From positions 20,834,001-20,898,000 of the forward strand of contig NW_024704743.1 of NCBI RefSeq assembly GCF_018977255.1: a DNA stretch of 64,000 bases, in the 5' to 3' direction. This document shows, piece by piece, positions 23,454-35,539 of the stretch. This DNA is from Callorhinchus milii (lineage: Eukaryota). Positions within the stretch are counted from its first letter, which is position 1, and each line of letters opens with the position of its first letter. Under the pieces are notes generated by a model. That model was not told the DNA's origin. It saw only the letters and a program-made list of their open reading frames with translations, and searched no databases. The position numbers and the translations under genes were made by a program.

Positions 23454-24879
23454 CATTTGGCATCTACATAATAGATAGGCATTAAAGCCATGCAAGGTTT
23501 GAAATTCCATCTACTGTTGGCCTGCAAGGCAGTTTTGTCTTGCAAATTTAAGATCATACAGAATTTTGAAAAAATCTTAAAATCAGTTTCAATTTGAATG
23601 TCAGTTTTCAACATTTCTTAAAAAGAATCGACTTCCAAATTAAGGCTGAATTAAAGAATTTTCCAAAATTCTGTGCCATATTAAATTGAAAGATAAAATA
23701 ATTTTACAGGATCCTGCCTTCAAATAGACATGTACAGAATGGGGAGGGTTAAATACAAAGGCAGCATGTGTTGTGCTTCTATTAAATTGGTCTTCACAAA
23801 GATTAAGCACAGTAAAGCTGTTTATTGCCTTTATGTTAAAAGAAATAGCAATACATGTTTTTTTCTTTGCATAGAGAACACACAATACTGCCGTATAAAT
23901 ATCACAAGTGCAGCTTATCTAACCATATGTGCAGTTCTCACTGAGTGTCATGGCCATGCCAAATGAGTATGATCAATGAGATGAGCAATTCCACAGTGGA
24001 ACTGTAACCTTAGGTCATGGAATTTTATACAACTTATTTATATCCAGATGAAGTGTGTTCTGAGGTACAGTACTGTGTGAAATAATAGTAGAGTGCTGAC
24101 TTTTGGATGAGACATTAGAGCAGGGACCTGGCAGACTGTTCAGGTGGAAGTTATATTCAAAAAATTAAGCGAATGTCTCTGGTCAGTAATCTGCTAGATT
24201 AATTGATTTTGCTGTTCCAAACAACTACCACGTTTATCTACAAAAAAAAATCAGTTACTGCGCTTGAGAGTAAGCAAGTTTTTTCCAACTGAAACATCAA
24301 AGAGCAGAAAAAGAGTCAGTTTTTAATTCTGGATAAATTATTGTGGTAGATTCATTGTAATGAATTGAGATTTAAAACATAGTTAATTCCTATGACAATT
24401 GCAAAATGTAAGGTGTTTCAATGGGCAGCCCTTGTATACGAATGTTACTATTTTTTCAACACTTATTTAGCAACAAATACATGGTTAATATAGGTCTCGA
24501 AGGTAATTAGCTTAAATGTGTTTACTAGTTAATTGCTAGTGACTTTATCCTCCTAAAGCACACACATTTCTTACTGTTCCTCAACACAGAAAAACAAAAT
24601 GTTGTAAATTGGTTTGTGTTAAGGAAGTTGAAGCTCTTTGCAAAGGACTATTGCGTGTTCAATGTGGCAGTGGAGGACGAAGGAAACATGAAAAACTGAT
24701 TTCAGAGAACTCTTTCCCCCCCCGTCCCACTGTCTACACCAAAATTTAGACAAATTTCCTGCTTTTGTGACATAAATTGAATTGGTCTTCTGATATAGTG
24801 GGTATTCTGGAAGAATGAGACTAAATGAGGCCTCTTCACCCAAACCAATCTTGTGATCTTGTGGTGCTTATTGGAAAGG

Positions 24880-25290
24880 ATTTCTAAGAAGAGATTATTT
24901 TGAGGGGGAAGTGATGGAGGTGAGAAAAGAAGAGGAGATGGGATAAAAATTGTGGAGGAAGGGATAGGCGGAGGCCAGAAGGGGGGTGGGGAAGTGGGGA
25001 GGAGGTGGAAGTAGAAAATGCAGAAGTAGCAGAGTACATCCACTCAATTTTGGACTTGAAGAAGTCCATCATTTCCTCACATTTGAATTTGGAGAAGAGG
25101 ATGGGCGAGGCATAGAAAAATGAGGAATAGAGTTGGTGGAGAAGAGGAGCCTTGCCTTGTCCTTCGCCTGCAGGATGATTGTAGAGTTGAAGGTTGATTT
25201 TACTGAGGTGAGGGCAGAGGTGTAGGTTTTGACTTGGTCCAGCCAAAAACTGGTGGACCATTAGTTTGGATTTGCCAGGTGCTTTCAGCG
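24880..25290 (-). mobile_element. L2 LINE internal fragment
   Basis: Peptide SPILFSKFKCEEMMDFFKSKIE, homologous to the 15870 fragment. Confidence 0.7.
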
Positions 25291-26795
25291 GCACTCTCCT
25301 CCCCCAACATCAAGCCTGAGCCAACTTACTGTGATCAATGCTCACAGATACCCATGTTCCTCCCATTGTCTGTTTCACCATTGTCCACCCCAACCTCTCA
25401 GCACCTTCAAGCAGTTAGCTCAAATAAATAGCCAAAGCAACAATCATATATTCTAATGCTCCTTCATCAAATATCAGTCAATCTACAATTAAGCTTGAAA
25501 AAGAAAGGCTCGTGAAATGTGAAATATTAAAAACACTTTGAAGCAATCTCATTATTCATGCTTAAATATAAAATCCTTATTTATATATGTGTTGCCTCTG
25601 GTCTATTGTGGTTCATACTTTCCATTTTTTTTTTTTCTGAAGCTTTAGTATCATGTAATAAATTGTCTTTCCATTAGGCAGAATAACAACAGTGCTGCCA
25701 AGAACACTTTGGCAAGGCTAACGTCTAACATGATTGGCTCTAATGGTTCCTGATAAACTCAAGGCAGTCCTGAAAATGTTGAATGATGAGGAAAGGCATA
25801 ATTCAAGCTGTAAATGGTTGTTAAGAACTTCTGCAACAGTATCTGTGGATTCTGCCACTGTTTGGCACAGTGCTCAAACGCCAAGAGAGTTGGCATGGGA
25901 AGTCTTGACGCTAGTAGTCTTTGCTGCATAGATAGATTATTTTATTGCTGAACACTGCTCAGAAATGCAGTGCAGATTCATTTGGCTTGAAGTGTGCTTT
26001 CTGATGTATAATAATTGTGAATCGAGAAATGGTAACTATTGATTTTGACATTTTGAAAATGAAATAAGCATATAAAAATAAATAACTTAGTTATATTCAT
26101 TACTTTACATACTAAGAACATTATAATCTCTTAAACCTAGTTCAAAATGTGGAAGGTGGAGTCCCTTCATATATTAAACTTTTAAAAAGCCAGCAGACAA
26201 GAAAATCTTGAGAAACCAAATATTCTGTCAAGATTAAATGGAAGACAAACCCTTTGAAACAAAGTCTGAAACTGAAGATAATGGACTCAATACAGACCTA
26301 GAAGTGGTTTGATAAATACGTATCATGGGGGAAGAGAAATTCTACTATGCTGCATCTATACAGAGTAGAGATAATTTTTTAATACTTTGTATATGTAACT
26401 ATGGTGTCTTGCAGTATTTATTCTCTGCAGAAATATACATAAGAGTTGGGTAAAAGCAGAAAAAAGTCGTTCTTTTGTATATTTAAATGTAATAGACACT
26501 TCAAAATATACCTTTCCATTTAAATAGAAGTTATCAAGGTCTGACTTTGCATTGTGGTCAAACAGGCTGCAAAATATTAACGGCCTTTATTTACAACTGT
26601 CTATTTTTCAGAATATGATACTGTTGTCGCTTTATCCATGTTATAGCTTTAGAGAATGGGAATTTACCAAGTCCGGCATTCTTATGCTCTTTATACATAA
26701 ACAGTAATAGTTAACTGGGTGTAGAGGTATGTAATAGGAGAATATGGAATAGGTGTTTCATTTCATAAATTAAGATGCTATTATAACTCCAAAAC

Positions 26796-26875
26796 AATCA
26801 AATTTAGCTGGTATGCATTAGGGATGAAATAAATCCTTTTATTTCATTCCTAGTGCTTGTCAGCTAAATTTTATT
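26796..26875 (+). other. 80-nt inverted repeat / hairpin
   Basis: aatttagctggtatgcattagggatgaaataaa-tcct-tttatttcattcctagtgcttgtcagctaaatt. Confidence 0.8.
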
Positions 26876-27039
26876 TCACAATTTCTCATTCTCGTATAAA
26901 CACAACAGGGAAATCAAGATTTATTAAAAATAACTTTTTTTAAAGACAAATCTTGCAGTTTCACACTGGCAGGAACATTTATGAATTCAGCAATATAGCC
27001 AACATATGATCATAATCCCCAATGTGTTTTGGGTTGATC

Positions 27040-27295
27040 TGACCAAGGCAGGAAGAGGAGTGCTACTATTAAGTCTCTGAGAATAGGGATGGGAAAAAGT
27101 CAAACAGGGTTCACACTCTTGATCATTATCCAGTGCTGCATCTTGGGCGATACATATCAGATGAGTACAGGATTTTCTAGCCCCCTCATCGAAGATACTG
27201 CACTAAACATACAGAATGGTGAGGCCCAACACCTTTTTTAAAAATCACATAAACTATCAAATATCAGTGTTTCCAGGAGAGAAGGGAGAACACTT
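27040..27295 (+). mobile_element. Ancient SINE remnant (AmnSINE2/SacSINE2-like)
   Basis: Degenerate match to recalled blocks agggagggaaaaatcagccagggttc..ctgatcgctatccagtg..gagga caggatt. Confidence 0.4.
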
Positions 27296-29745
27296 TTTTA
27301 AAAAAATGTATTGGTGTTGTTAGTACAAGGGCTCATTGATATTTTTCATTATGTCATGTAAACTAAATTTATCTGTTTTCAAAATGACTCACAGTAATTA
27401 TTAAAATCTATTTCTTGGGATGAAGTATTAACTTTATAAGTCTGTGCTTTCCTAATGCTCTTTCTTTAAAGTTGAGGAACAAAGTGAGCATAAATCTTTA
27501 TCTCATGAATCCCCACAATCCTTGTTTAATATATTGCATAATTTGCCACAGATAATATAATAATAATCCTTGCATTTGATATAGCGCTTTTCATGTCTTC
27601 TCGACTTCTCATAATGTTTCACTAACTACAGGCCAACCTCATTAAAATTAGGTGTTTTGAAACCAAAAAATTACACCGTGACGTATACCTGGTCTGTGAA
27701 AAAAATGCCTATCAGTTTCGTTTCCAGGCCACTGCTCAAATTACTTTCTGTGTAATGCTCATGCACGCTAAGCACAGGAAACACTTGTGAAGTGAAATCA
27801 GCAGTCCTTCCTATGCTTAATGGAAGTGAAACTGCACTCATCCAGAATATGTTCTGACAGGGCCAGATCACTTGTTGAGGGCATGTCTACACCTCCAAAT
27901 TGTGGCTATGTGATGAATCTGCCTTTGTAATTCCAGGTAAATCACAATTACCTCTCCACTCTTCTCTCCAACAATGATGACGTTATCACCTAAAAAGACT
28001 GAAGGGCTGAAACTTAATTTCAATATTTGGATAATCTTAAGCATGGTGATGGGTCTCCGCAAGTGCCAGACACCTGGCTGACCATTAAAAAACATATTAC
28101 CTGGGATGTTTGTCGTTGCTAGATATGTGGAAATCAAAGCCACCCTTGTCTACTTCATACTGGTTAAAAAGTAACACTGAATACAGAATAATACATCAGC
28201 AATCCGAGAGGAAAAAGCAATTTTCAAGTTTATCAATATTTTTTGTAAATCTAAATGAAAGAACCATGCATCTTAAATAATCTATTAAATGTTACATAAA
28301 TAATCAGACCACTTCTATTAGACAATAATTTATATTGGCAAAATCAGCAAAATAGTAAATTTTGGATGAACCTTTCAAAGTTACATCATTGATTTTGCAG
28401 TTCCTGCTAATTGATATAATGCAAGTGTCTCTCCAAAAATCAATTAGAAGAAACTACAGTACAACTCCACCATTAATATATTTAGATTTCATTGTCTCTC
28501 TGCTTCTCAGTTGATTTCATCTGTTCTTAACACATCTCAGTTTTTACCTTTTGCACATATTGTCCACACCTTTACATTACTTGGCTTTCTCTTATTAAAT
28601 TCTTTCTGGCGACTTTGATCGCTCTCCACCTTCTCTGTTCGAATACTGTATTTTCAACTCCCGACTGCCCTGTGATGCTAGCTAAACAGCCCTAAAGTGT
28701 GCCAATTCCCAATCTTGTGTGGCAGTGACAATGATATATGGGGTCACTGCCATTATCATGCAAGGTTATTGTGCACCCTGTTCCTGAGGTTTTCTTCAAC
28801 ACAATCATCTTTCCATTTCTCACAGTTCATTTATAATCACAGCTTACAATGAGGTCATCATGAAATGGGTCTATTTACCCTTCGAGTACTGAATGTCCTT
28901 TTGCAGCTTTCAAAAAACACACATTGTCTACCATATAACATATGCAAATTCTTTTTTAAGTAAATTTATTATGCCCAGTATTATGGTATAGAACAAAAGA
29001 ATTGTATGGAATTATATCAGGTTTCTTAATGAACAGTATTAGTTCAATAAACTACAATTTGTATTGAAAAATAAATCAGATCAGGAAAGATTTACTTATT
29101 TCAACTTTTCTTTATTCCTTGCCTCTGGTCCATGAACCCCTCCCCCTGCAATCAATGCTACCCTCCAACAGGGGAGAAGGATGGTCCAGATCAATGCTGC
29201 TCCTTGGTTGTTTTACCAACTCAACTCGACATTTATCCTATTTTCTGGCTATGTTTTACCAGTTGTAAAGTGGGTAAGAAACTACTCCATGTTAGAGATT
29301 TACTTTTTGAACTTGACGTTTATCAGCTACAGGCATTATAATACAGAAACGTAGGGTATCAATGGTACTGCAGTAAACAGAATGGGGAGCGCGCCAGCTC
29401 ATCTGGTTAAACACTGCTAATAAATACACAAATATAATGGGTTGAATTTCACATAATGAGATCATTTGTTCCGCACCAGTATGGGTTTATCTGCTGCTGG
29501 TTCTTTTTAACAAATTCTTTAGAGTAAGATTTATTAATGCACTTTCATCTGCCAGATAAAAATTTACTCATTTGAAACCAGTCTCCAATACCATAGTGAG
29601 TTTTGCTGGAAAATCCAGATATTAGATTTATGGCATCTCTTTACAACTTCTCGGTGAATGCACAATGTATTTATTCCATTGATGAAAACATACATTTATT
29701 TGACTGTTGTGTAAAAGTCTAACTTGCTTGTAGTGTCTGACTTAC

Positions 29746-29799
29746 CTTCATCATTGTGGCAAATAACTTGCCGTCCATTCGTGATTTCTGCTCTTCCAA
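29746..29799 (-). CDS. C10orf67: C10orf67 exon 9 (LEEQKSRMDGKLFATMMK)
   Basis: Acceptor tttttcattggcag, consensus donor AAG|gtaagt, 54 nt, phase 0-0. Confidence 0.8.
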
Positions 29800-30840
29800 C
29801 TGCCAATGAAAAATAAAGGTAAGTGTTAAACATCAGTTCCTTCTCAGTAATTTACTAAGAAAATTATACGAATACCAGCATCAAATAATGTTCTGCTCTT
29901 TATTTTTTATTGTACTTTGATTTTATTAGTTTTCTTTACTTTCTACACTATTGTCCCTTTTGTCACTATGCAGATGAATGAGCAAACTCTTTGCCTGCTC
30001 TCCGGTTTCTATTACTCATCCTGCGGGTGTGGGGAGCTTAGAAAAACATCGCCTAGGTTGTCATGATCTGTTATTTTTACTCCTTATGAAGATGCATTAC
30101 TTTCCCATGATGGGCTGGCTGAAAAGGGGAACTCGCAAAATGATGTATGTTATCATTCTAGAGAGCAGCATTCTTAAATGTTGTATAGTCTGAGAGTCAA
30201 TTCAACAACAACAAATTGCATTCATACAGAGCCTTTCACGTTGGAAGAACGTCCCAAGGCCCTGAAAATTCATTTCATATTTATGACATGATTAAATCTT
30301 ATGATTTAAACCCATTTGAAGAATGATAAGTTCAGACCAAAATTTTGTAATAACAAAACTTGCTAACTTAAAATACACATTCATAATCAAATCAGCCCAT
30401 CTTTCCTAAAGAAAATCACAAGACATATGTGCCCATTTGTTTTTTAAAAATCTTATTATTTCAGGTATGTCACAAAGATGAGACACCTGATGGGTCAAAA
30501 CAAAGAATAAGAAGAGAAAAGTGAAGGGAAAGTAAATGGTTGGAGAAACAACTAGCAAAGGCCTAAGAAATAGACTCTAAAGGACAATGGTAGCTGTTTT
30601 AGCATCTTGAGTGTGTTACTGCGCTCATATGAAACACCAAAACTTAAACCACAAAGTCTTTAGTTACTTCAATATACAGGTGGGCTGCAATGTTCAAATG
30701 ACCGTAAATGTGAATGCCCCAACTATTTCATCCAGTTATTCATCCCTAAAGCATTTGAAGGCAGATTGAGGCTATAGTCTAAAACTGTAATGAATGACTC
30801 TACAACCTACGAACTCTAACACAGTAACTTATGCAAGTAG

Positions 30841-31005
30841 AATCCTGTAGCTTCGTGGTTGTGGCGTCCTGTAGGATAGATGGCCGAAAGCATGGTCGAT
30901 GAGATAGGTCTTAAGGAAGTATTTGATGGCGAGAAAGGGCTTTACAAGCGAGAGGACTTGGGTTCGATTCCCGGTCAAGACAAAACATTGTGCAAGTTTC
31001 CTTCA
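30841..31005 (+). mobile_element. SINE head interrupted by a ~70 bp insert
   Basis: tcctgtagcttcgtggttgtggcg [insert] acaagcgagaggacttgggttcgattcc..gcaagtttcctt. Confidence 0.75.
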
Positions 31006-31619
31006 ATATCAGGTTTCACATGTATGTACATACGTAGCTTGTTTTATTTTTAGTAGATAAAGTACACCCTAAAATAATTTAGGTGCTATTGACCAGTTGC
31101 TATCAAGAGTAGTCATAATTCATTTTATATATCAATGGATATCTTCATAAGGAAAAACCTGCAATACATGCTACTGAAACTGATGTACGTTGAATAATCA
31201 ACTGTTAAACAGAAATAGGGGTAAAGGGCAGAAGTAGGCACTTGGCACAACATAGTGCAAATAAAAATGTAGCCACACACAGTATCAAGTGTTGATTTCT
31301 CATAACAAGTCCATTCTTTCAGTCACGTTCTGTTCAATACAAAGATGGTTATTATTTTATTACAATAGTTCTGTTTAACAGTAGTTTATTGCAACTAAAA
31401 CATGGCCAAACACATTGTTAAGCAACATGTTGATAAAAATTACAGTGGGGTAGCAGAAACTTCATTTATATTTTCTCCTCTTTACTTTTCAGATCTCTTC
31501 ATTTCATTCATTATTCTATAAAAATCAGCTTGATAAAGCATTGCAGTCAAAGTTGAAATGTGTGATTTCAGTACAATATCAGTTACAGTTTGAATAATTG
31601 CTTTACAATTATGTCCTAA

Positions 31620-32860
31620 CCATAGAATTACATAGAATCACAAAGACTGTTACAGCACGGAAATAGGTCATTCCGCCCAATTAATCTGTGATCCTATTTA
31701 TACTCCACATGAAACTCCACCCCTCCTAATTCCCTCACCTCTACCTCTCTTCCATTCTCCCCCAGTTTGCATCAAGTTTCCTCTTCAATACATTGATGTT
31801 TACTGCTTCAACCACAGCATCCGACAGAGTTCCACATTCTTACCACCTCTGGTTACAGATGTTTCTCCTAAACTTTCTTTCAGATCTGCTGATGGTGATC
31901 TTATATTTATACTTGTTGGACTTACCAAGATGTGTAAGCAGCCAATCAATGTCTATCTTATTGAATCCTTTCATAATTTTAAACATCTCTATCAGGTCCT
32001 CTCTCAATTGTCTCATCAGCAGAGAAAAGCTCTCTCACTGTCCATTTTTTCTTGATAGCTGTATCCACTCATCCTGGTATCATCCTAATAAATCTATGCT
32101 ACACTTTCTCCATTACTGCATTGTCTTTCCTGTAGTACAGTGACCAGAATTACACAGTACTCCAAATGTGGTTTGATCTTGGTTTTATATACATTTAACA
32201 TTACTATTATTATTACTCTATTTTATACTCCATTCCTACTGGACATAAAGCCAAGCACTCTATTTGCATTGGTATAGACTCATTCACTTGTACTACAATT
32301 TTTAGAGTCTTATGAATCTCAAGCCATACATCCTTTTACTCCTCTGCATCTCTAAAGTTCTTAACATCCAGGGCATAGTTGGCTTTTTTATTCTTTCTAC
32401 CAAAGAATCACTTCACATTTCTTTGTGTTCAACTTTACCGGCCACCTATCGTCCGTGCAGCAAGCCTGGTTATGTTTTCGTGCATCTTTTTGCAGTCCTC
32501 TTCGTTATTTACCAAATCCCCAGTTTGGTGTAATCCACAAATTTTTACACCACAACTCTTATACCTGAGTAGCGATCCTGACACGTATTTCTATGGAACA
32601 CCAATTCCTATTACTTCCAGTCTGAGAAGCTGACCTTTACCCCTATTCTTTAGTTTCGATTTTCTAGCTGTCCCTAAATCCATTATGTTACCTGTCCCTT
32701 GACTTTACATGCCCTGGTTTTAACAATGATGCGCTTATGTACCCCTTATTAAAGACCTGTGAAAGTCCATATACATCACATCCACTGTATTTCTCTTATC
32801 TACTTTATTGGTTTAAAAAATTGATAAGATTGGTTAAGTATGACTTTCCAGAGGCACTTC
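31620..32860 (-). mobile_element. Decayed CR1 LINE 3' part (RT C-terminus plus tail)
   Basis: (catagaat)n tail, acagcac..aggtcattc.gccc, and cacagtactccaaatgtggt (RPHLEYCV antisense). Confidence 0.8.
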
Positions 32861-32879
32861 AACATTACTTTCTGATTTA

Positions 32880-33200
32880 AGCCCCCTTTCTTGCCTTCAA
32901 ATACTTCCTTAAGATCTATCTCATCGACCATGCTTTCAGCCACCTATCCCATTCCTTCTTCGGTTTCTCCCAGTTTGGGCTCCTCATCAGTCATGTAAAG
33001 CTCCTTGACCTGACATGAAAGGCACAAGGTAAATGGAATTTCTTTTTGTTGTTGTTGTAAACAAAATGAAGCTAATTGTTTGCAAGTGCAAATAATGTCT
33101 CTCCATGGTGTGCAGGAACTATTTTTTCCTGTATTCAATGTAACTTGGGACATCCTCCTGACGTGAAAGGCGCTATACAGATGTAATCTTGTTGTTGTTG
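32880..33200 (+). mobile_element. L2 3' end plus an extra tail-only copy
   Basis: cttaagatctatctcatcgaccatgctttc..cccagtttgggctcc..gtgaaaggc-type tails with (ttg)n. Confidence 0.7.
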
Positions 33201-33573
33201 TAACTTCATACTACGCAACTGACCAAGATTAAAGTTATTTTGTTCTGGCTCCTGTGACATCACCTCTAAATTCTTCCTGCTTCTTGCTTGGGTCTTATAC
33301 ATCAACAACTTATTTTGTACAGTCATAAAGCTGAGAGAATTAAGATATTCATCAAGTCTGACAATAAGATTAATTAAATTTAAAATATTCATGTGACAAA
33401 CAAGATAAAACCTAATCAATATCTTTTATAATTTTGCTTTACTGATAATTGCAAACAGAACAAAAGTGATTACAATTCTTTGTTAGAATATGAGTTCAGC
33501 TTTTATTGTAATAAACTTAATTTACCTTGATAAAATCATCAAGACAATTGATGTATCTTAACATTTCACTTAC

Positions 33574-33639
33574 CAATTGTTTTGCTCTTATTTTCTCTGA
33601 TTCCAATTCTTTTTTCAACTTCTCTTCAGCATTCATGAA
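33574..33639 (-). CDS. C10orf67: C10orf67 exon 8 (FMNAEEKLKKELESEKIRAKQL)
   Basis: Acceptor tctgattttag, donor TTG|gtaagt, 66 nt, phase 0-0. Resembles human LMDSRDRLREELHYEK. Confidence 0.88.
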
Positions 33640-34017
33640 CTAAAATCAGATAATTTTCTTTACCATACAGCAAAATAGAATAAGAAACCTATCAAAATGG
33701 CTTCATTGCATTTATTATTAGCATATTATTTGAGCATAATTTTTAAAACTACTATATTTTCATAGTGTAGTATCATGTTAGCAAATTTACTTTCTGTGTA
33801 ATTAATTCCAAATCTTTGATCTCTGAAATTCCAAAGCCACATTTAATGCAATTACATTTAATAGTTATACCTTAAACAAGCTTAATGTACAAATGTTCAT
33901 TTACAGTATCACGGCTGTACTCGTCTCTTACTTCATTGTTAGCAAATACATGACTGAACTTTCTTGAAATGAATTATAAAAGCAAGCTAATTTCATATTT
34001 GTAAAAAGAAATACTAC

Positions 34018-34076
34018 CTTTTGTACTGCAGTCTCAACAGTTTCATTTTGAATTTTTAGCTTTTTAAAATTAGTGT
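34018..34076 (-). CDS. C10orf67: C10orf67 exon 7 ((D)TNFKKLKIQNETVETAVQK)
   Basis: Acceptor ctttgttttcag, donor AAG|gtagta, 59 nt, phase 1-0, which restores the frame after exon 6. Confidence 0.87.
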
Positions 34077-35391
34077 CTGAAAACAAAGAAGGGCAGACCA
34101 TGAAATTAGATCTTTAATTCCCCGTGGTCCTTCTCAGTACTGAAGGTCATCCTCCAGAGCCTATTGGAATCCTTACTGGATGGAAGACCTGGCAGGACTC
34201 TGACCCCAAACACTAACCTTGACCTTCAATTGCTCTGCCCCCGCTGTTTAGCCGGCTGGTCTAATGGATATTAGGTAGTAGTTCAAGGGCCAAGTGTGGC
34301 TGTGTGCCCAGCCCATGAACGTCGTTCTCTGTTAGTCACAGCCAATACAAAGTGCTTTAGCAGGTGGTTCTTTATCTGCTCAAAGGATTTTTCATCAAAA
34401 GCAACACACACCATTAAATCTGATCACAAACAGCAATAAGTAATATGGTATATGTCAAATATGACTTATTAATACTTTTTTGCTGCAGTATTTAAATATA
34501 GTAGAAGTCTTTGTGGCTCACTTTCAATGGCCCAAAATAAACACTATATTAACAAAGCATAAAACATTTTGTATTAGCACCGAGTTACATAGGGTGGTAC
34601 CCTTACACCTGTGAAATAGCAGGTTCAGATCCAGCAAAGTGTAGTACACCCAAATTACCTTCCATATGTGGGAAAAATGTCTTTATACATTACATCTACC
34701 CAAAACAAACTCTTGCTGTAAGTCTTTCCTTGGGTAGATACATGTCCGATCATCTAATACTGTAGAGTATTGCACGCCAAACCTCGAGTATAGTTCAGTG
34801 TTCAGTTCCTTGGGGCAAACTGATGGAATGGGGAAGTGGGTGGAAAGAGGACTGCAACCAGGGAAAATTAATGGACATAAAAAGCTAAATAATCATTTAG
34901 AGAGAAAAAAATATTTTTTTTATCAAATTATCACATGATACTTATTTGCTTACATAACATTCACTCAATTTCTAAATAATCTTATGTTGTACAGTACTGA
35001 GACATTTATTCTATGTAAATGTAAGTTGTAGATTCTAAGAGTTTTTTTAATATATCAACTGTATAAGCTTGATCAACATGCAAAAAAACTTCAATCAACT
35101 AAATTATCTTAGAAAGCAGAGATAAAAGGAAACAGTTAAAATGTGTAAACTTCAGCACCTGCATCATTTGTTTGGGAGAAAAAAGCACCTGCTGAATATT
35201 TACTTCCTCCAACATGCACTCGTAAAAATGCACACCTTGTAATTACCAATATCCACCCCAGCTTTTTGCTAGAGGGCAACTGTCCTCCAGCAAACAGAAG
35301 CCAACTTTGCTGGAGGACATGTTACGAATTACATAGTCATGTGGATTAGTCTTTTTTTGCATTCAGTTTAGCTTGCTGTATCAAAATATAC

Positions 35392-35539
35392 CTAAGTCTT
35401 GTATTTGCTCATCTCTCATATCGAGAATGTCTGTAAGTTGTTCGTTCTTGCGCAGTAGATAGTTTAATTCATTCTTCAACTCTTCATTTTGTATCAGAAT
35501 TAGTTCTTTCTCGGCGTCTTCATCCATTTCAAAATTAAA
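35392..35539 (-). CDS. C10orf67: C10orf67 exon 6 (FNFEMDEDAEKELILIQNEELKNELNYLLRKNEQLTDILDMRDEQIQDL-)
   Basis: Acceptor gattttacag, donor TAG|gtatat, 148 nt, phase 0-1; heptad-rich open frame. Confidence 0.87.

Noticed and set aside
28570..28670. CpG-containing K/E/R-rich minus-strand stretch resembling an extra exon
   Set aside because: Poor polypyrimidine tract and no convincing phase 0-0 boundaries; more likely decayed repeat sequence.
32960..32992. Minus-strand CTGATGA...GAAAC, hammerhead-like
   Set aside because: The stem does not close next to the core boxes, and the segment is the antisense of an L2 3' UTR.
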